Origin: Heptranchias perlo
Lineage: Eukaryota
Assembly (NCBI RefSeq): GCF_035084215.1
Contig: NC_090327.1
Coordinates: 44,268,001-44,332,000, forward strand
Direction: 5' to 3'
DNA: 64,000 nt
Part shown: positions 48,741 through 62,529 of the stretch, piece after piece
How positions within the stretch are numbered: the first letter of the stretch is position 1
How the letters are laid out: every line of letters starts with the position of its first letter
Position numbers and translations under genes: made by a program
Notes under the pieces: generated by a model
Database searches by the model: none
The model's input: only the letters and a program-made list of their open reading frames with translations
Told to the model about the DNA's origin: nothing

Positions 48741-50319
48741 TTGTCTAGTGCTTTCTTGAAACTCATTATGGTTCCTTGTTCTACCACCCGTGCCGGTAAT
48801 CTGTTCCACATACATACCATCCATTCAGTTAACAAGCTCCTCCTTCATTTCTATTTTCTATTTGCTTAAACAGTTAAAAGGATGAGCAGAAGGGCAAAGA
48901 GTGACCTGAAAAAAGCACAGCAGCTGAGGCTAAGCAGATAGTGACTGCCAATTCAGTTAGATATCAGGGTAGATGAGGTGCTCCTCCATAGAACTGAAGA
49001 TAACATTAGAAGGCAAGTCAACCCACAGCACCCGAACACATCTTAGGAGCAATTGAGGGTGATGCCATGAGATTACTCCCTCATCACAGAATAACCACAG
49101 GAAAATGTGAGAAAAGAAGATATTTTCTTGCCACTGTAGTTTGAATGAAGGGGCCAAGCCTCAACCTGCCCTCAACACACATCCACACAGATGCACTTCC
49201 AGAAGGGCTCACTAGAGAGCAATCAGGAATAGAAATCTTGGTAGATTTTCACGGAAATACATTTGTAACAGAATAAATAAATAGCAATCATGGATGATCG
49301 GGTTTTAATTCAGCCTGTGAGACAGGCTTGACATAGCTGTCCTATGACTGTGGCTCTAATGTGTTGTAATGTCTTGCATACGAAATAAAAAAGCAGTATC
49401 ACTTACTATGATGTTTTTTCTTGCTGGTTTTCAGGTAATTTAAAGCCACTGCATGCAATATTGCACATTAGAAATCCAACTTTTGAGTTCTGTCCGAGAT
49501 ACACGTAAATAAAAGAACTACTGCTGCTCTAGTAAGCTAGAATACATTAACATATACGTGAAAATAAAACAATGGCAAAATTTCAAAATGCAAAGCTTTA
49601 CTTGTCGTACATGTAATGTGATATCATTGCTATATTAAAAAATAATAGAATATAGTAACTTACATCATTACCCTGTGAAAGTAGCTTCAGTTAAAGTTGC
49701 AAATGTCATTGTTTATGTTGTTGTAAAATTTTTATACAGAACAAAACCGATTCCAGTTAACCTTTACTGCCTCTAATAATGGCGTCCCTGGGGTTTTAGT
49801 CCTCAGTCCTCAGCACTTTTCACAAGAGAAAAAAATGTTTTTAAATAAAAGGCTCTTAAAAAAAACACCAAATCAGTTGTCAATATAAATGTAAAACACC
49901 TTTTAAATAAATCTGTGAGAAGCTTCATCAGTAAATGGCACTTGTGGCCAACCGCAGCTGAACACTCAGCCAATTATACCAATGGAACTGCCAAGTGGAC
50001 TTTCGGATAGGATTTATGGGGAAGCCGATTCTCTCTCTTGCAACCCAATTGAGGAGATCAAATGAATCATGAGCCCACAACTGAAAAGCAAAAAATCACA
50101 CTCCTATGCATAGAAGAAGCAAACATTCAATCCCTTTCAGCAATCAAACCCCTGAAGGCTTTCGCACTCTGAAGCCCCCTCCCCCCACCCCTGCTTCCAA
50201 CCCCTGGATGAAGCAGAATCACCCAGCACCATCCCCCTGCAGAATGAAAGCCCCATTGGCAATCCTCAACAACTTAGGAAAAATCATCCACCAGACCCCA
50301 ATCCCACTGAAGCAAAGTT

Positions 50320-50467
50320 CCCTCTCTCTTCTTTGCTTCTCTTTCCGTCTCTCTCTCTCTCCCTCTCCCTCCCTCTTCTCCTCTCCTACTTCATAAATGT
50401 ATAAAACACATTGGAGAGTTGATTAATAGATAGATAGAGATAGGTAGAATGAGAGAGAGAGAGATCA

Positions 50468-50501
<34 letters not shown>
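50320..50501. repeat. CT-rich tract and (GATA)n/(GA)n microsatellites
   Basis: Seen directly. Confidence 0.95.
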
Positions 50502-51539
50502 TTCTATTTCATTTCCATCATGTGAGCCAGTAATGGGTGTTATGATTTAATACTGATGCTCCAGTCGGTTGATGTGTGACGACATCTGCTGCAAGTTTAT
50601 TGACTAACGTTGATTACTGAAAAAGCACAATTAATATGCATTCAGTGTGTGAGTTGTACACTAAAATAAACCACCTGATCTCCTGTTTCAATATTTCAAT
50701 AAATATGAAATTTCACAGCACTGCTTTAATTTATTATAATTTTTCTTGGAAATTATTATTTTTTTGTTCGTAAAGATATGTCAGACAAAATTCTGTTTTT
50801 AATGTTTTAACAGTTAATAAATTTTTTGTATTGTCTTATGAAATGACTCCAGCTCTGGAAATGGAGATGATGAGTTTCTGTAGGGTGCTGTAAACTCTAA
50901 TTACAATACATAAGCTAATATTACAGGCAAATAAGAATAATAGCGTTCATTTCTAAGATTGTGTGGGGTATAAGGCGATGTTGTTTAACTGCTTTTCTCT
51001 TTCACTTTGATTAACTACCAACAATTACAATTAAAGTCAGGCTATTATTACATAAGACACTCAGATATTAAAAAAATACCTCAATTGGATTTTGCAAAGA
51101 GCTCATGTGTTACTCTATGGACATAATGGTTATTATCCGGAAAACACTGAAGATGCTCTGCATAATATTATATCTTGAAACGTCTTAAGTTATATTCATC
51201 TAATATTATGTTTAATATCCCTCATCCAAATTTGTAGAGATTTGATCATTTTCCCTTATGTGTTAAAACTCCATTTACAAAACATACTCTTGTTATGAAC
51301 AAGTTGTAACTATATCCAACAAAGCTGACACTCATCAGGATTTGTCATTGTTTGCAGGTTAAGTACCTTTGCACGTTTTACTACTTTAAAAGCACTCTAT
51401 AAATGCAAGTTGTTGTTATTGTTAAATCTTATTTTGTGTGGTGAGTTGGAAAGAAAATATTTCTTGTTAATAGTATGTTTCATTTATTTTGTGTTTCAAT
51501 TAGCATTGAAAGAAATAATGAAGTAGTAAGTATATTCCC

Positions 51540-51740
51540 ACAGCCCTTCCATTAGATGCTGAGAAGGCATTCAATAAAGTAGAGTAGAAATATCTGTTCC
51601 ATACCCTAGAGAAATTAGGCTTCAGCCCCCATTTCATCACATATAAAGACACTGTACACAACTTTTTTTTAACTTTAACTACATCAAATGGTATCATCTT
51701 ACCCTTATTTGAGTTGGATAAGGTCATATGACAAGGATTC
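51540..51740 (+). mobile_element. L1-clade RT relic
   Basis: LDAEKAFNKVE*KYLFHTLEKLGF...NG...F.L...QG. Confidence 0.75.
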
Positions 51741-52189
51741 AGTGCAGAGAATTGCCTGTCATGAGTGCTATCAGGAAATTGCAGGTACACTCTCCATGAT
51801 TTTCCATGGAGCAGCTACCTGCAAAATCCTGATAAGCACTTCTGGTGGCCACGCTCTGCAACAAGACAAACATCAGAAAATTGACCCTTATTTGTGGCTC
51901 CGGAACATCCATGGTAAGCACCTGTACATCCCATGAAGACAAAATGCTTGGACACTCCCTCCCCCATTCTAGGTTTTGCTCCTTGATACTGGTTGAGTAC
52001 TGTGAAATGTGATTCTTTATCAGAGCTGAAGAATGGGAGTTGGCTCTTCCATCCATTTTGGCTCTGTGTCAATTTTTGTCTGATTACTTTCCTGTGAAGT
52101 GCCTTGGGGCATTTTACTATGTTAAAGGTGCAATGTAAATACAAGTTGTTGCTGTTTTGCAGCCATCTTTGTTACTGTTTCTTCCAGCT

Positions 52190-53465
52190 TAGAACATAAG
52201 AACTAGGAACAGGAGTGGGCCATACAGCCCCTTCAGCCTGCTCCGCCATTCAAAAGATCATGGCTGATCGTCTACCTCAACTCCACTTCCCCGCCCTATC
52301 CCCACATCCCTTGATTCCCTTAGTGTCCAAAAATCTATCGATCTCAGTTTTGAATATATAGCCTTCTGGGGTAGAGAATTCCAAAGATTCATAATCCTCT
52401 GAGTGAAGAAATGTTTTCACATCTCAGTCCTAAATGACCGACGCCTTATCTTGAGACTATGACCCTTAGTTTTAAACTCTCCAGCCAAGGGAAAGAGCCT
52501 CTAAGCATCTACCCTGTCAAGCTTTCTAAGAATTTTATACGTTTCAATGAGATCGTCTCTCATGCTTCTAAACTCCAGAGAATATAGACCCATTTTACTC
52601 AATCTCTCCTCATAGGCAACCCTTTCATCCCAGGAATCAATCTAGTGAACCTTCGTTGCACCGCCTCTAAGGCAAATATATCCTTCCTTAGTTAAGGAGA
52701 CCAAAACTGTACATAGTACTCCAGGTGTGGTCTCACCAGAGCCGTGTATAATTGCAGCAAGACCTTCTTACTCTTATAATCCAACCCCCTTGCAATAAAG
52801 ACCAGCATACCATTTGCTTTCCTAATTGCTTGCTGCACCTGCATGTTAACTTTTTCTGATTCGTGTACAAGGATACCCAAATCCCTCTGACTACCAACAC
52901 TTCTTAAGTCTCTCACCTTTTAAAAAATATTCTGCTTTTTTATTCTTCCTACCAAAGTTGATAATTTCACATTTCCCTACATTATAATCCATCTGCCACC
53001 ATCTTGCCTATTCACTTAACCTATCTATATCCCTTTGCAGCCTCTTTGTGTTCTCCTCACAGCTTACTTTCCCACTTAGCTTTGTATTGTTAGCAAACTT
53101 GGATACATTACACTCGGTCCCCTCATCTAAGTCATTGATATATATTGTAAACAGCTGAGGCCCAAGCTCCGATCCTTGTGACACCACACTAGTTACATCC
53201 TGCCAACCCGAAAACCCATTTATTCCTACTCTCTGATTTCTGTCCATTAACCAATCCTCAATCCATGCTAATATATTACCCCCAATCTCATGAGTCCTAA
53301 TCTTGTGTAACAACCTTTTGTCGAATACCTTTAGAAAATCCAAATATACTACATCCACTGGTTACCCCGTATCCATCCTGCTAGTTACACCCTCAAAAAA
53401 TTTGAATAGATCTGTCAAACACGGTTTCCCTTTCATTAAAACGTGTTGACTCTGCCTAATCATAT
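52190..53465 (-). mobile_element. 5'-truncated CR1 LINE (~1.3 kb)
   Basis: [47 protein letters not shown]; CATAAGAA tail. Confidence 0.93.
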
Positions 53466-53984
53466 CATAGAACAGATGCTATTATCCAATCAAAGAGCTG
53501 AGTATCTGTGTAAGTGTTTGCAGCCCTCTTTACACCTAAGTGTTTGAAGTGCTTTATCTAAAGGACAAGAAAAATGGTTAAATCAGTCTTGCTCTGCAGA
53601 AGTTAACATTATGTCAGATAATTATCATAAGGTACTCTGTGGGATCAGGTCCTTCATGTAATTATTGCTGACGGTGGGAAAAGCACACATATCCTGTTGA
53701 TACCATTCTCTCAAGGTAAAAGTGCATATAGGGCACCGCTGACAGTGCAGTGCAGGAGTCTATGTGCACTGAAGGAGAAAGGTACGATGGGTGGATTACA
53801 ACAATGAAGTATCTAAATGAGGAATCCAGATTAACCTGGTCATCAAGGAGATTAAACCTTATGCTGTTGGACAATTCATTGAAATTTGTTTGTGGGATGT
53901 TATGTATTTAATAGGGAGAATTTTAGCTACCTCCGCCTGGCAGAAAGTAAGAAACTCATGAATACATGTAACTCGGGGACCTAG

Positions 53985-55078
53985 AAAAACTGAAGTCAAT
54001 GGGGCTCAAGGGGAAACCTCTCCAGTGGTTGGAGTCATACCTGGCACAAAGGAACATGGTTGTGATTGTCGGAGGCCAATCATTTCAGCCATAGACATTG
54101 CTGCAGAAGTTCCTCAGGGTAGCATCCAAGGCTCAGCTATCTTCAGCTGTTTCATCAACGACCTTCCCTCCATCATAAGGTCAGATGTGGGGCTGTTCAT
54201 TAATGATTGCAGTGTTCAGCTCCATTCACAATTTCTCAGATAATGAAGCAGTCCATGCCCGCATGCAGCAAGATCTGGACAACATCCAAGCTTGAGCTGA
54301 TAAATGGAAAGTAACATTTGCGTTACACAAGTGCCAGGCAATGACCATCTCCAACAAGAGAGGGTCTAACCACCTCCCCATGACATTCAATGGCATTACC
54401 ATAACCGAGTGTCCACCATCAACATCCTGGGACACCACCATTGATCAGAAACTCAACTGGACCAGCCACATAAACGCCGTGGCTACTAGACCAGGACAGA
54501 GGCTGGGTATTCTGCGGCGAGTGGCTCACCTCCTCACTCCCAAAACCTTCTCCATCACCTATAAAGCACAAGTCAAGTGGTTGTTGGAATACCCTCCACT
54601 TGCCAGGATAAGTGCAGCCGCAACAATACTCAAGACACTATCCAGGACAAAGCAGTCTGCTTGGTCGGCACCTCATCCACTAGTCTAAACATCCACTCCC
54701 TCTACCATGTGGTTGCAGTGTGTACTATCTACAGGATGCACTGCAACAAGGCACCAAGGATTCTTCAGCAGCACCTCCCAAACCTGTGACTTCCACCACA
54801 TAGAAGGGCAAGGGCAGCAGGTGCATGCGACTACATTAATCTCCAAGTTCACCTCCAAGTCACACACCATTCTGACATCGACATACATTTATTGTTGCTG
54901 GGTCAAAATCCTAGAACTCCCTACCTAAGAGCATTGCGGGAGCACCTTCACCACACGGACTGCAGCGGTTCAGAAAGGAGGCCCACTACCACCTACTCAA
55001 GGGCAAATAAAGATGCACAATAAAATGCCGGTCTTGTTGGTGGTGCCCACATCCCGAGAATTAATTTTAAAAAAAAAT
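53985..55078 (+). mobile_element. 3' fragment of LINE family B (~1.1 kb)
   Basis: PQGSIQGSAIFSCFINDLPSIIRS, IDQKLNWTSHIN; CCCACATCCC 3'UTR and A-tail. Confidence 0.92.
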
Positions 55079-57531
55079 AGGACCCCAAAACTATTTTAAC
55101 GGCCTGCTGGACAGAGCGTCTGCCACTGACCATCCGCTCAGTAAAACCTGGTGGGCAGGAATGGGATGTGTAAAAGTTATTTTGAGGGGCCAGGAGGAGC
55201 AAAGAAAGTTTGGGCGCTAGTGCCCAGACTCACCCCTTCCACGTTGCGAAACCCTCCTGAATCATCCTCCCCTCCGCCCCAGCCCCCCAACGACTTACGT
55301 GAGTGTCGGTTGAGTGGCCTCTGCGCCACCCAATATTTGCTGGCCAGAACCCATCTCATTTCAAAGATTTCTGTCAGTCTTAATGAAGATACTTTGTGTC
55401 CCTTCATTACAGTTTCTTGGAATCTACTTTTCACATGTATATGTGTACTTGACGATGGTTTAGAAACACCAGTTGAAATTATTGCCCCTTCATGTTGTAC
55501 AATCTATGCCCAACTATGCAAGTATTGCTTCAGATTACAAAAAAGTATAAAATACAAAGAAATATGAACAATTTTACTGTCACCATCCTGTGATGGAGAA
55601 AATACAATTAAAATAATATTATTATTTTCACAGACCACATTTGGAAGCAATTTTTTTTCGTTTTCGGCAACCAGTCTTCAAAATCCACTGAAGTAATGAT
55701 CTAAACAGGTAACAATGTCACAGTAACCAGATTGATACAAAAAATAAAACTGATACATATCTAGATGGCTTTAATTAGAATTGCTGATTTAGTGGCATAC
55801 TTTTCACATTGCTAAATACAATGTTCCCACTAACGTTATGAGTTCTCAACATTTAATAGCGCTGGGACTGCACATTTTCATAGTTGATCTTTGAAGCTTT
55901 CAGTGTCAGTCATGCATCACTACATTTAAAATGACTGCTGTTTGTTATTACCTTGTTATCTCCAGGTTTGTTTGTGCTTTTTGCACGAAGAAAGAGATTT
56001 GAAAAAAGTATTAAAAAGCCACAGAAAGTAGACAGTACTGTAAATATTCCTGAATAATTAGAAACTTTGGGAAAAAAAGCTCATAATTAAATACAGGTTA
56101 CATGTCAGGATATGAACAATAAATTATTGAACACCAAATGCATAATTGAAATAAAAACAGAAATGCTGGAAATATCTAATCTGTCAGCATCTGAAAAGAG
56201 AAAAGATAGGGGTAAGAAACCTTCATCAATTGTGTCAGTCATTGTCATGAGGGGTTTCTTTTCTGGGATTTACAACTATCATAGCCACGCATCCTGGTGC
56301 CCTAATTTTTCCGATACTATTAAAACTGATTCTGGTTTATTGTGCTTTTTCTCTAGCAGCATCCTGAAGTTGCAGATAGAAGGGGAAGGTTTGTTAGTGT
56401 TGATGTTGCGGTCTGCCAGAGGGCAGTGTCACTCGGCACTCAGTCTGCATTTACAGGTCCCACGGCTCACATTATGGAACTCAATAAAATACAAAATAGA
56501 ATTGACAGCAGCAGGAAAGGAGGATAAGTGAGATTAGTGAGAATGAGAGAGGTACAGACCCGAATTAGGACAAATACTTGCAGCTGGGGAGAAAGGCTTT
56601 TAACTCGCGGCGGGAGTCATCCAGACGGGGGCTGAGGCGAACGGCAAACCGTCCGGACCTCCAAAGCGTGAGTCCTGGAACATTTTAACTCCCGGACCTC
56701 ATCTGCACAGGTCTCGTCAGTCTGCCGCCCGAACGCGACAGAAAATACCAGCTGGCCGATGGATGGGAGCGGGATATGGGGAAGCAGGTGCCTGCCTCTG
56801 GGGACCTGAAGGATCTGTTCTCAATACTCAGTCAAGTGGTTGGGAGGAGGATCGGGACGGCCTCGTGGGAGGGGGAGGGGGGATGTCCGGGGCAGTGGAG
56901 GCCTAAACTTTCCTTATGGGGTGCAGAGGAGCACTCCTGCTCATTTGTCTGTATTAAAAGATATCGGCCGGATACTGGTCCATTCTCCCATTGAATCTAG
57001 ATCTGCCCACAGTCTGTTTTTAATCGTAGGGTTCAGCTCCCCTTATATGCACAACTCTAAAACCCATTCCTCTACTTTAACAGGCTGATATCTTCATATT
57101 TCTTATTCACCTCTCCCATGCCACCTGGCACACACTCCCCAATTGCTAGCCTTCCCCTCATATACTCCATATTCTCACAAAAGAAATTGGCGAATAATAC
57201 CCACCAGAGGCAGGCCACAGGAGGGGATATTCCTACTTTTAAACTCTGCTTTCTGCACTTGCCCTGGGAGAAGGCAAGATCAGTGGCATATTGCCAGTGC
57301 CATGTTAGTAACTGAACACCTACACTCTCTTCCTGGCATGCCCATGAAGAAGCACAACTGCCCACCCACTTCTTAACCCAAGGGGGTAATGCTCACCCAG
57401 TCTTAGCTTCTACCCTCCTTACTGCAGATCCACCACAGCAATATCATCTCCCTGTTCATCATTATCCTTGCGATCTTTGTTGTTGATGAGGAGGTAGTTT
57501 AGTCTCTGTTTTTCCTCCTCCTGATCATCAG

Positions 57532-58533
57532 TGTAAGGGGTTTTGTTTCCGGGGCTTATCGTAGGTCAGCCAGTTACGTTTTCCTGAGCTGCCCTGCCCG
57601 CTGTGCGGTTTTGAATCGCTTTCCCCTTCCTGATTCTGAGCTCAGGACTTATCGAGTGGTAATAAGGACAGACAAACAGACCAGTGGATTGGTGCAAGGA
57701 AAACCAATGTTTATTAATAAGAAAACTAAAACTACAAGGTAAACAGTATTATACAGAAAATAAAAGGAATCGCTATGGATGCAATACAGTCTTACACTTA
57801 ACGGGGTGGAAGAAACGGACACATCGAGGGAAAATTCTAAAATCACAATTTTAGCAATACCCTTTTAACTCCCACCCTTACACCTAGCTAGGTTGTCTTG
57901 TGGCGGCCAGAAAAGAAAATAATGCTCACCGTGAAACAGATGAAAAGGCCTGGCCATTGTGTCCTGCTGCTGCCTTCGACATGTGGTTGCGATGTATACT
58001 GGACGGCCTTCCTTCTTGGTTGCTAGCAGGCAAGCAGGACACTGGGCCAGGGCGAAGAGAAAAGAGAGAGAGGTCTGGGATGCCCCCAGTTATACCCTCC
58101 TGGTAACAGGTTAATTTCGCGCCTCATCAGTTTGCTCCATTGTCCGATTTGGGCGTGAAACGTAAGACAAAAGGGGTCCCAATCTTGGCCCATTTACATT
58201 AATGGCCGGTACCTGTACTGATCTGTTCCATAACTGCTTTCCATTGTTCCGAATGTTCCTTGATGGGCTACCTTTTGTCCTGGGATCACTCCTGCTCAAA
58301 TTTTGATGTGTAGGCCAGCAACATTGATTGCTTGCCTCAGGGCGGGAATGCAACTGCATTGTTCAAAGAGAATCCAATTTCAAATGCTGCAGGCCTTTTG
58401 CCATGTGTCTGACCGCAGTCATTTTGAAAGACCCTGGATTTTTAAAACACAGTCACACCAGGGTTTCTTTAATAACTCCAATAAATCTTCGGGGGGGGTG
58501 GGGGGAACATGTGAAATTTTGCGAATCCCTTCA
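57532..58533 (-). mobile_element. Putative solo LTR (~1.0 kb)
   Basis: TG...CA ends with short inverted termini (TGTAAGGGGTT / AATCCCTTCA); minus-strand TATAA (~58090) upstream of AATAAA (~57710); TSD not clean. Confidence 0.55.
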
Positions 58534-58554
58534 CTAGCATTATCATCATCCTCT

Positions 58555-59018
58555 TAAGCCTGACCCATCACCTCTGTGCTCGCTGCCCTACAGTGGCTCC
58601 CACTCTGGCAATGCCTCAAATTTAAAATTCTCATCCTTGTGTTCAAATCCCTTTATAGCCTTACCCCTCCCTATCTCTGTAACCTCCTACAGTCCTATAC
58701 CCTCCGAGATGTCTGCGCTCCTCCAATTCTGGACTCTTGAGCATCCCCGATTTTAATTGCTCCATCATTGGTGGCCATGCCATCGACTGCCTAGGCCCTA
58801 AGCTCTGGAGTTCCGTCCCTCAATCTGTCCGCCTCTCTAACTCTCTCTCCTCCTTTAAGACATTCCTTAAAACTTAACTCTTTGACCAAACTTTTGGTCA
58901 CCTGTCCTAATATCTCTTTATGTGACTTAGTGCCAAATTTTGTTTGTTGACACTCTTATGAAGTGCCTTGGGAAGTTTTACTACATTAAAGGTGCTATAT
59001 AAATGCCAGTTGTTGTTG
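58555..59018 (+). mobile_element. L2 LINE 3' end
   Basis: ITSVLAALQWLP...FKILILVFKSL; tail AAAGGTGCTATATAAATGCCAGTTGTTGTTG. Confidence 0.88.
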
Positions 59019-59089
59019 TAGTGGGCACAGAAGCATCCACTCTGATTGAACCTGCCATTAAGCCACCAACCAGCAGGTCTTGGCACATC

Positions 59090-59440
59090 TACCCACCAGT
59101 GACTAAGACAACTACCTCTACAGGCATCAGGTCAGCGAGGAGTCAGTTGAAGAGTTTTGCCATCTGTTGGAATGTCACCTGCAGCCAATCTGCAGCAGAA
59201 TCATGGCACTGCGAGTGGCAAGCAAGGTCACCACCTTAACTTTCCTGCTTCTGACTCATTCCAGACTAGTACTGCTGTACCAGCTAATGTGCTGGCCACA
59301 CATGTATCAAACAGGACTGTTGCAGCAGTCAGCATAGCCAGCACTTTTATCTAATTTCCTACTGAAGAGGACCAGGGGCAGGACATGGTAGTCCAATTTC
59401 ACCATGCTGCTAGATTTGAGAAAGTAATGAAATAATTAAT
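59090..59440 (+). pseudogene. Old Harbinger transposase relic
   Basis: ALRVASKVTT and NFPASDSFQT resemble LPVAVKVTTALNFFASGSFQ. Confidence 0.55.
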
Positions 59441-62400
59441 ATTGTCATCTGGCTAGACGTTCCTTCTCTTTCTCTGTTACCACCAATTGCTACTCCTCGC
59501 CTGTGCAATGTAACTCACTCCGTGCTAACCCTTCAAGCTCACTAACTGCATCTTCCAGAATGTATGTAGCTATGTTGGTGTTTTCAAACTTTGATGACAC
59601 TGTGTACCGTGATGGGCTTCTTGTGTGCCACTGGCAGTGCTGGCGAGCTGCTATTCCAGGCAAATAATGATAGAAAGGGAGCAAGTATTAGAATGCTATC
59701 AGCGAGAGATGTCTTGAACCAGAGCTTGCCTTGCAATATATTATATATGATGTGTGGCTGTTTATGTTTGTGTGGCAGTGAATGTGAAAGGGGAACAAGA
59801 CATAAGAGGAGGATGGTACTAGCCCTGAGCTTGCAGCTCCACCTTTCCCTTCTTCTTTTATGCTCTTATATGCAAGATGGCAGCCTTCTCCAAGAGATTC
59901 AAGAACTTGTGATTCCTAACACTTTCTCCAGTTTGGATATGGTCCTTGTATTATGTGCAATTTTGTCTTTCAAGCAGAGAAGTACTGTTGAGATATTGCA
60001 AATTGAAAGGGAACATACACAGTGACAAATTTGTGCCCAATCAACAACCCATCTTGTATCCATAAAGTGACCATGTAGTAAGCAGCTGGGTTGAATTATA
60101 GTAATTTGATGTGTGAAAGTATGAGTGTGCCAAGGTTTTCAATTGTAAGTTGCAGCTTGAATGTGTGCCCTGTTGAAGTGTGATATACTATGTAAGTTTG
60201 TGCAAGGGCTTAGCATGAGTGAGCAATAAATGTGGAGCAGGTTGAAGGGCAATAATTTGCAAGATGTGATCATGAGCCACCAATTTAATACATGGTACTG
60301 GTTGAGCTGAATGGTCTGTTTCTGTGTTGTAACTTCTATGTATGAATGAGTAAAGCTATTGTACTACAACCAACCCATCCTAGTAAGAACTACTAAGACT
60401 ATGGTGGAGTTTGAGTCAGTTAGGCTGGCAGTGCTTTGTTTTTTGTTCAATGCTGTAATTGGTTCGGCAGCTGCCATTGTTGGTAATTGGTGCAAGAGCA
60501 AAGTCTGAAGCTACCCCCAGTGCCTCTAACTATGGGAAACCCATCAAAAAGCAGGTTTTCTTTTAAATCAGCTTAGAATTTATGCCATTTATAGTGGCAA
60601 ACTGAAGCCAAGTTATGCATTCTCCTGTTAGCTGTCATTATTTGGTTACTAAATTTTATGCATTATCCCAGCTTCCTCACACTGTTTGGCTCAATAATTA
60701 CTTCAAGGAAGTTTTGCTCATCTGAGTTAACTGTTTAAACAAAAAATATTCCAGCAAAGTGATGTCAATAATAATCTTTTGTTGCTGATTATTTTTAAAG
60801 GACACTTGTCTTTCTAATAATATACCATAATTTTGTTCAACATTAGAAATTGTAGGAAATATAAAGACACAGAAATAGTTAATTGATCAATATTTATTGC
60901 TGTCGACCTTAGTGATGTGCACCAATGCACGTTACAGATTGAGATCATCTGTTTTAATTCAGTAGCCAGATACAGGACGATAGCAATTAGAAACTCGTTG
61001 CAGTCTCTTCATCAGATTACTCTAACCTTCATTGTCAGCTTGATTGATCAGTGTCTTGTAGAGAGTCATATAGCGTTTGACACAAGACCGATATTCTTAT
61101 GTCTTTTTGAATGGTTGATAGCCTTAATGTTGCACTATAAGAATCAGCATTCAGTATTCCCACTAAGCATTCAATCCATGCAATTTTTTTTAAAAATGAA
61201 CCAAGAAAGCTTTAAGGAGCAGCAAGAAAATGCAAACTAGTGTAAGAAAATGCTGTTGTGCCATGCGGCCAGCACACCTCAAACACAGTATACACAAATT
61301 TTCAAAATAAGATTGTTAATTTTTCCCCACGAGGCCTTTTACCTTCCATAGGACCTTCTTCGTACAGAGAAGAGAAGTAATCCAGCCTTGAGAATTGCCT
61401 GCTACTGTCTGCACTACTGTTGGATGGTTCACCAAGAGGAGGCATGGTTGTTGAAGGGTAAGACAGTTAGTGTCCATTTTTATCTTCATTGAGATGAATA
61501 ACTCTGCTTCCACAATACGCACCTGCTGGTTTTCTGGCTGAAAACTAGTGAAACATATTGCAACTACAACAGATGGATCTGATTCATATCTATGATCAGG
61601 AATGTGTATGGGATAGAGTCGCAGGAAAAGACTGACTCTTCAAAAAAAAGATTATAACATCCTGCAATCTCTCTAACAAAAAATTCTAAAATGCAAAAAA
61701 ATGTATACATTGTTCAGAATTATTCCAGAGAAGCATATTCTTATTGCCATTGTGGGGAGGGAGAAGAGAGAGGTGATGATGACAATATAATCATGAATAC
61801 TAATTTGGCACTTGGCTCAGAAGCCTTTTTCTCTGAACCTTGTTACCTTCCTATCTTCCTTTGTACTGTATGATCATTATTGTTTTACCAATGTTTTAGG
61901 TTTTAGCTTTTGCTAAGTACAGTTATAGGGCATTTATTTTGCAAACTTGCTGCCTATAACAAGTCCCAGTGTTCCTTTTGCTTGGAAAGTCAATATTATG
62001 ATTGTTTGAACAATACAACCCATTAAATATGTTAGTGTGGTTTTTAACAATTCTTTGATGGCTTTATCTGATACAGTCTTGGCACCAGTCAAGTTACAGC
62101 ACCATCCTGAATCCCAAAGGCCCTGGGATTAATGGTTGTAGCTTTCTGTTGTAGTGAGCTGATACTGTTTTACAGAATGTATTCACACATCTGGCGTGCC
62201 ACAGTTCCCCACTTGGCACTAATGCCAAGCTTTCACTATGCAGCCGCAGAATCTCTCACCAGTGCCTAGTTAACTGTTTCCATCAAGGGAACAAGAGAGA
62301 GCGAGCTACTAAAACTCGCTGTGCCCGCTGGATGTCACTGTAGTCGTCCTTATTTTTGCTTCTCTGGGGTCTTTCCATTTTACATGAAAACATTACATTT

Positions 62401-62529
62401 AAGCAATAACTAAAATATGCACAGTCCTTAAATACAGAACTATTTGCATAGGGTTTCTTATAACTACTTTAATTACTGTAATTTTGCTTGGAAGCTGTAA
62501 AAGTCAAATAGCAAAACAAGTATAACAAC

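Noticed and set aside
59591-60025. 144-aa ORF as a host gene
   Set aside because: No recognisable domain or splice context, and it is adjacent to Harbinger relic sequence.
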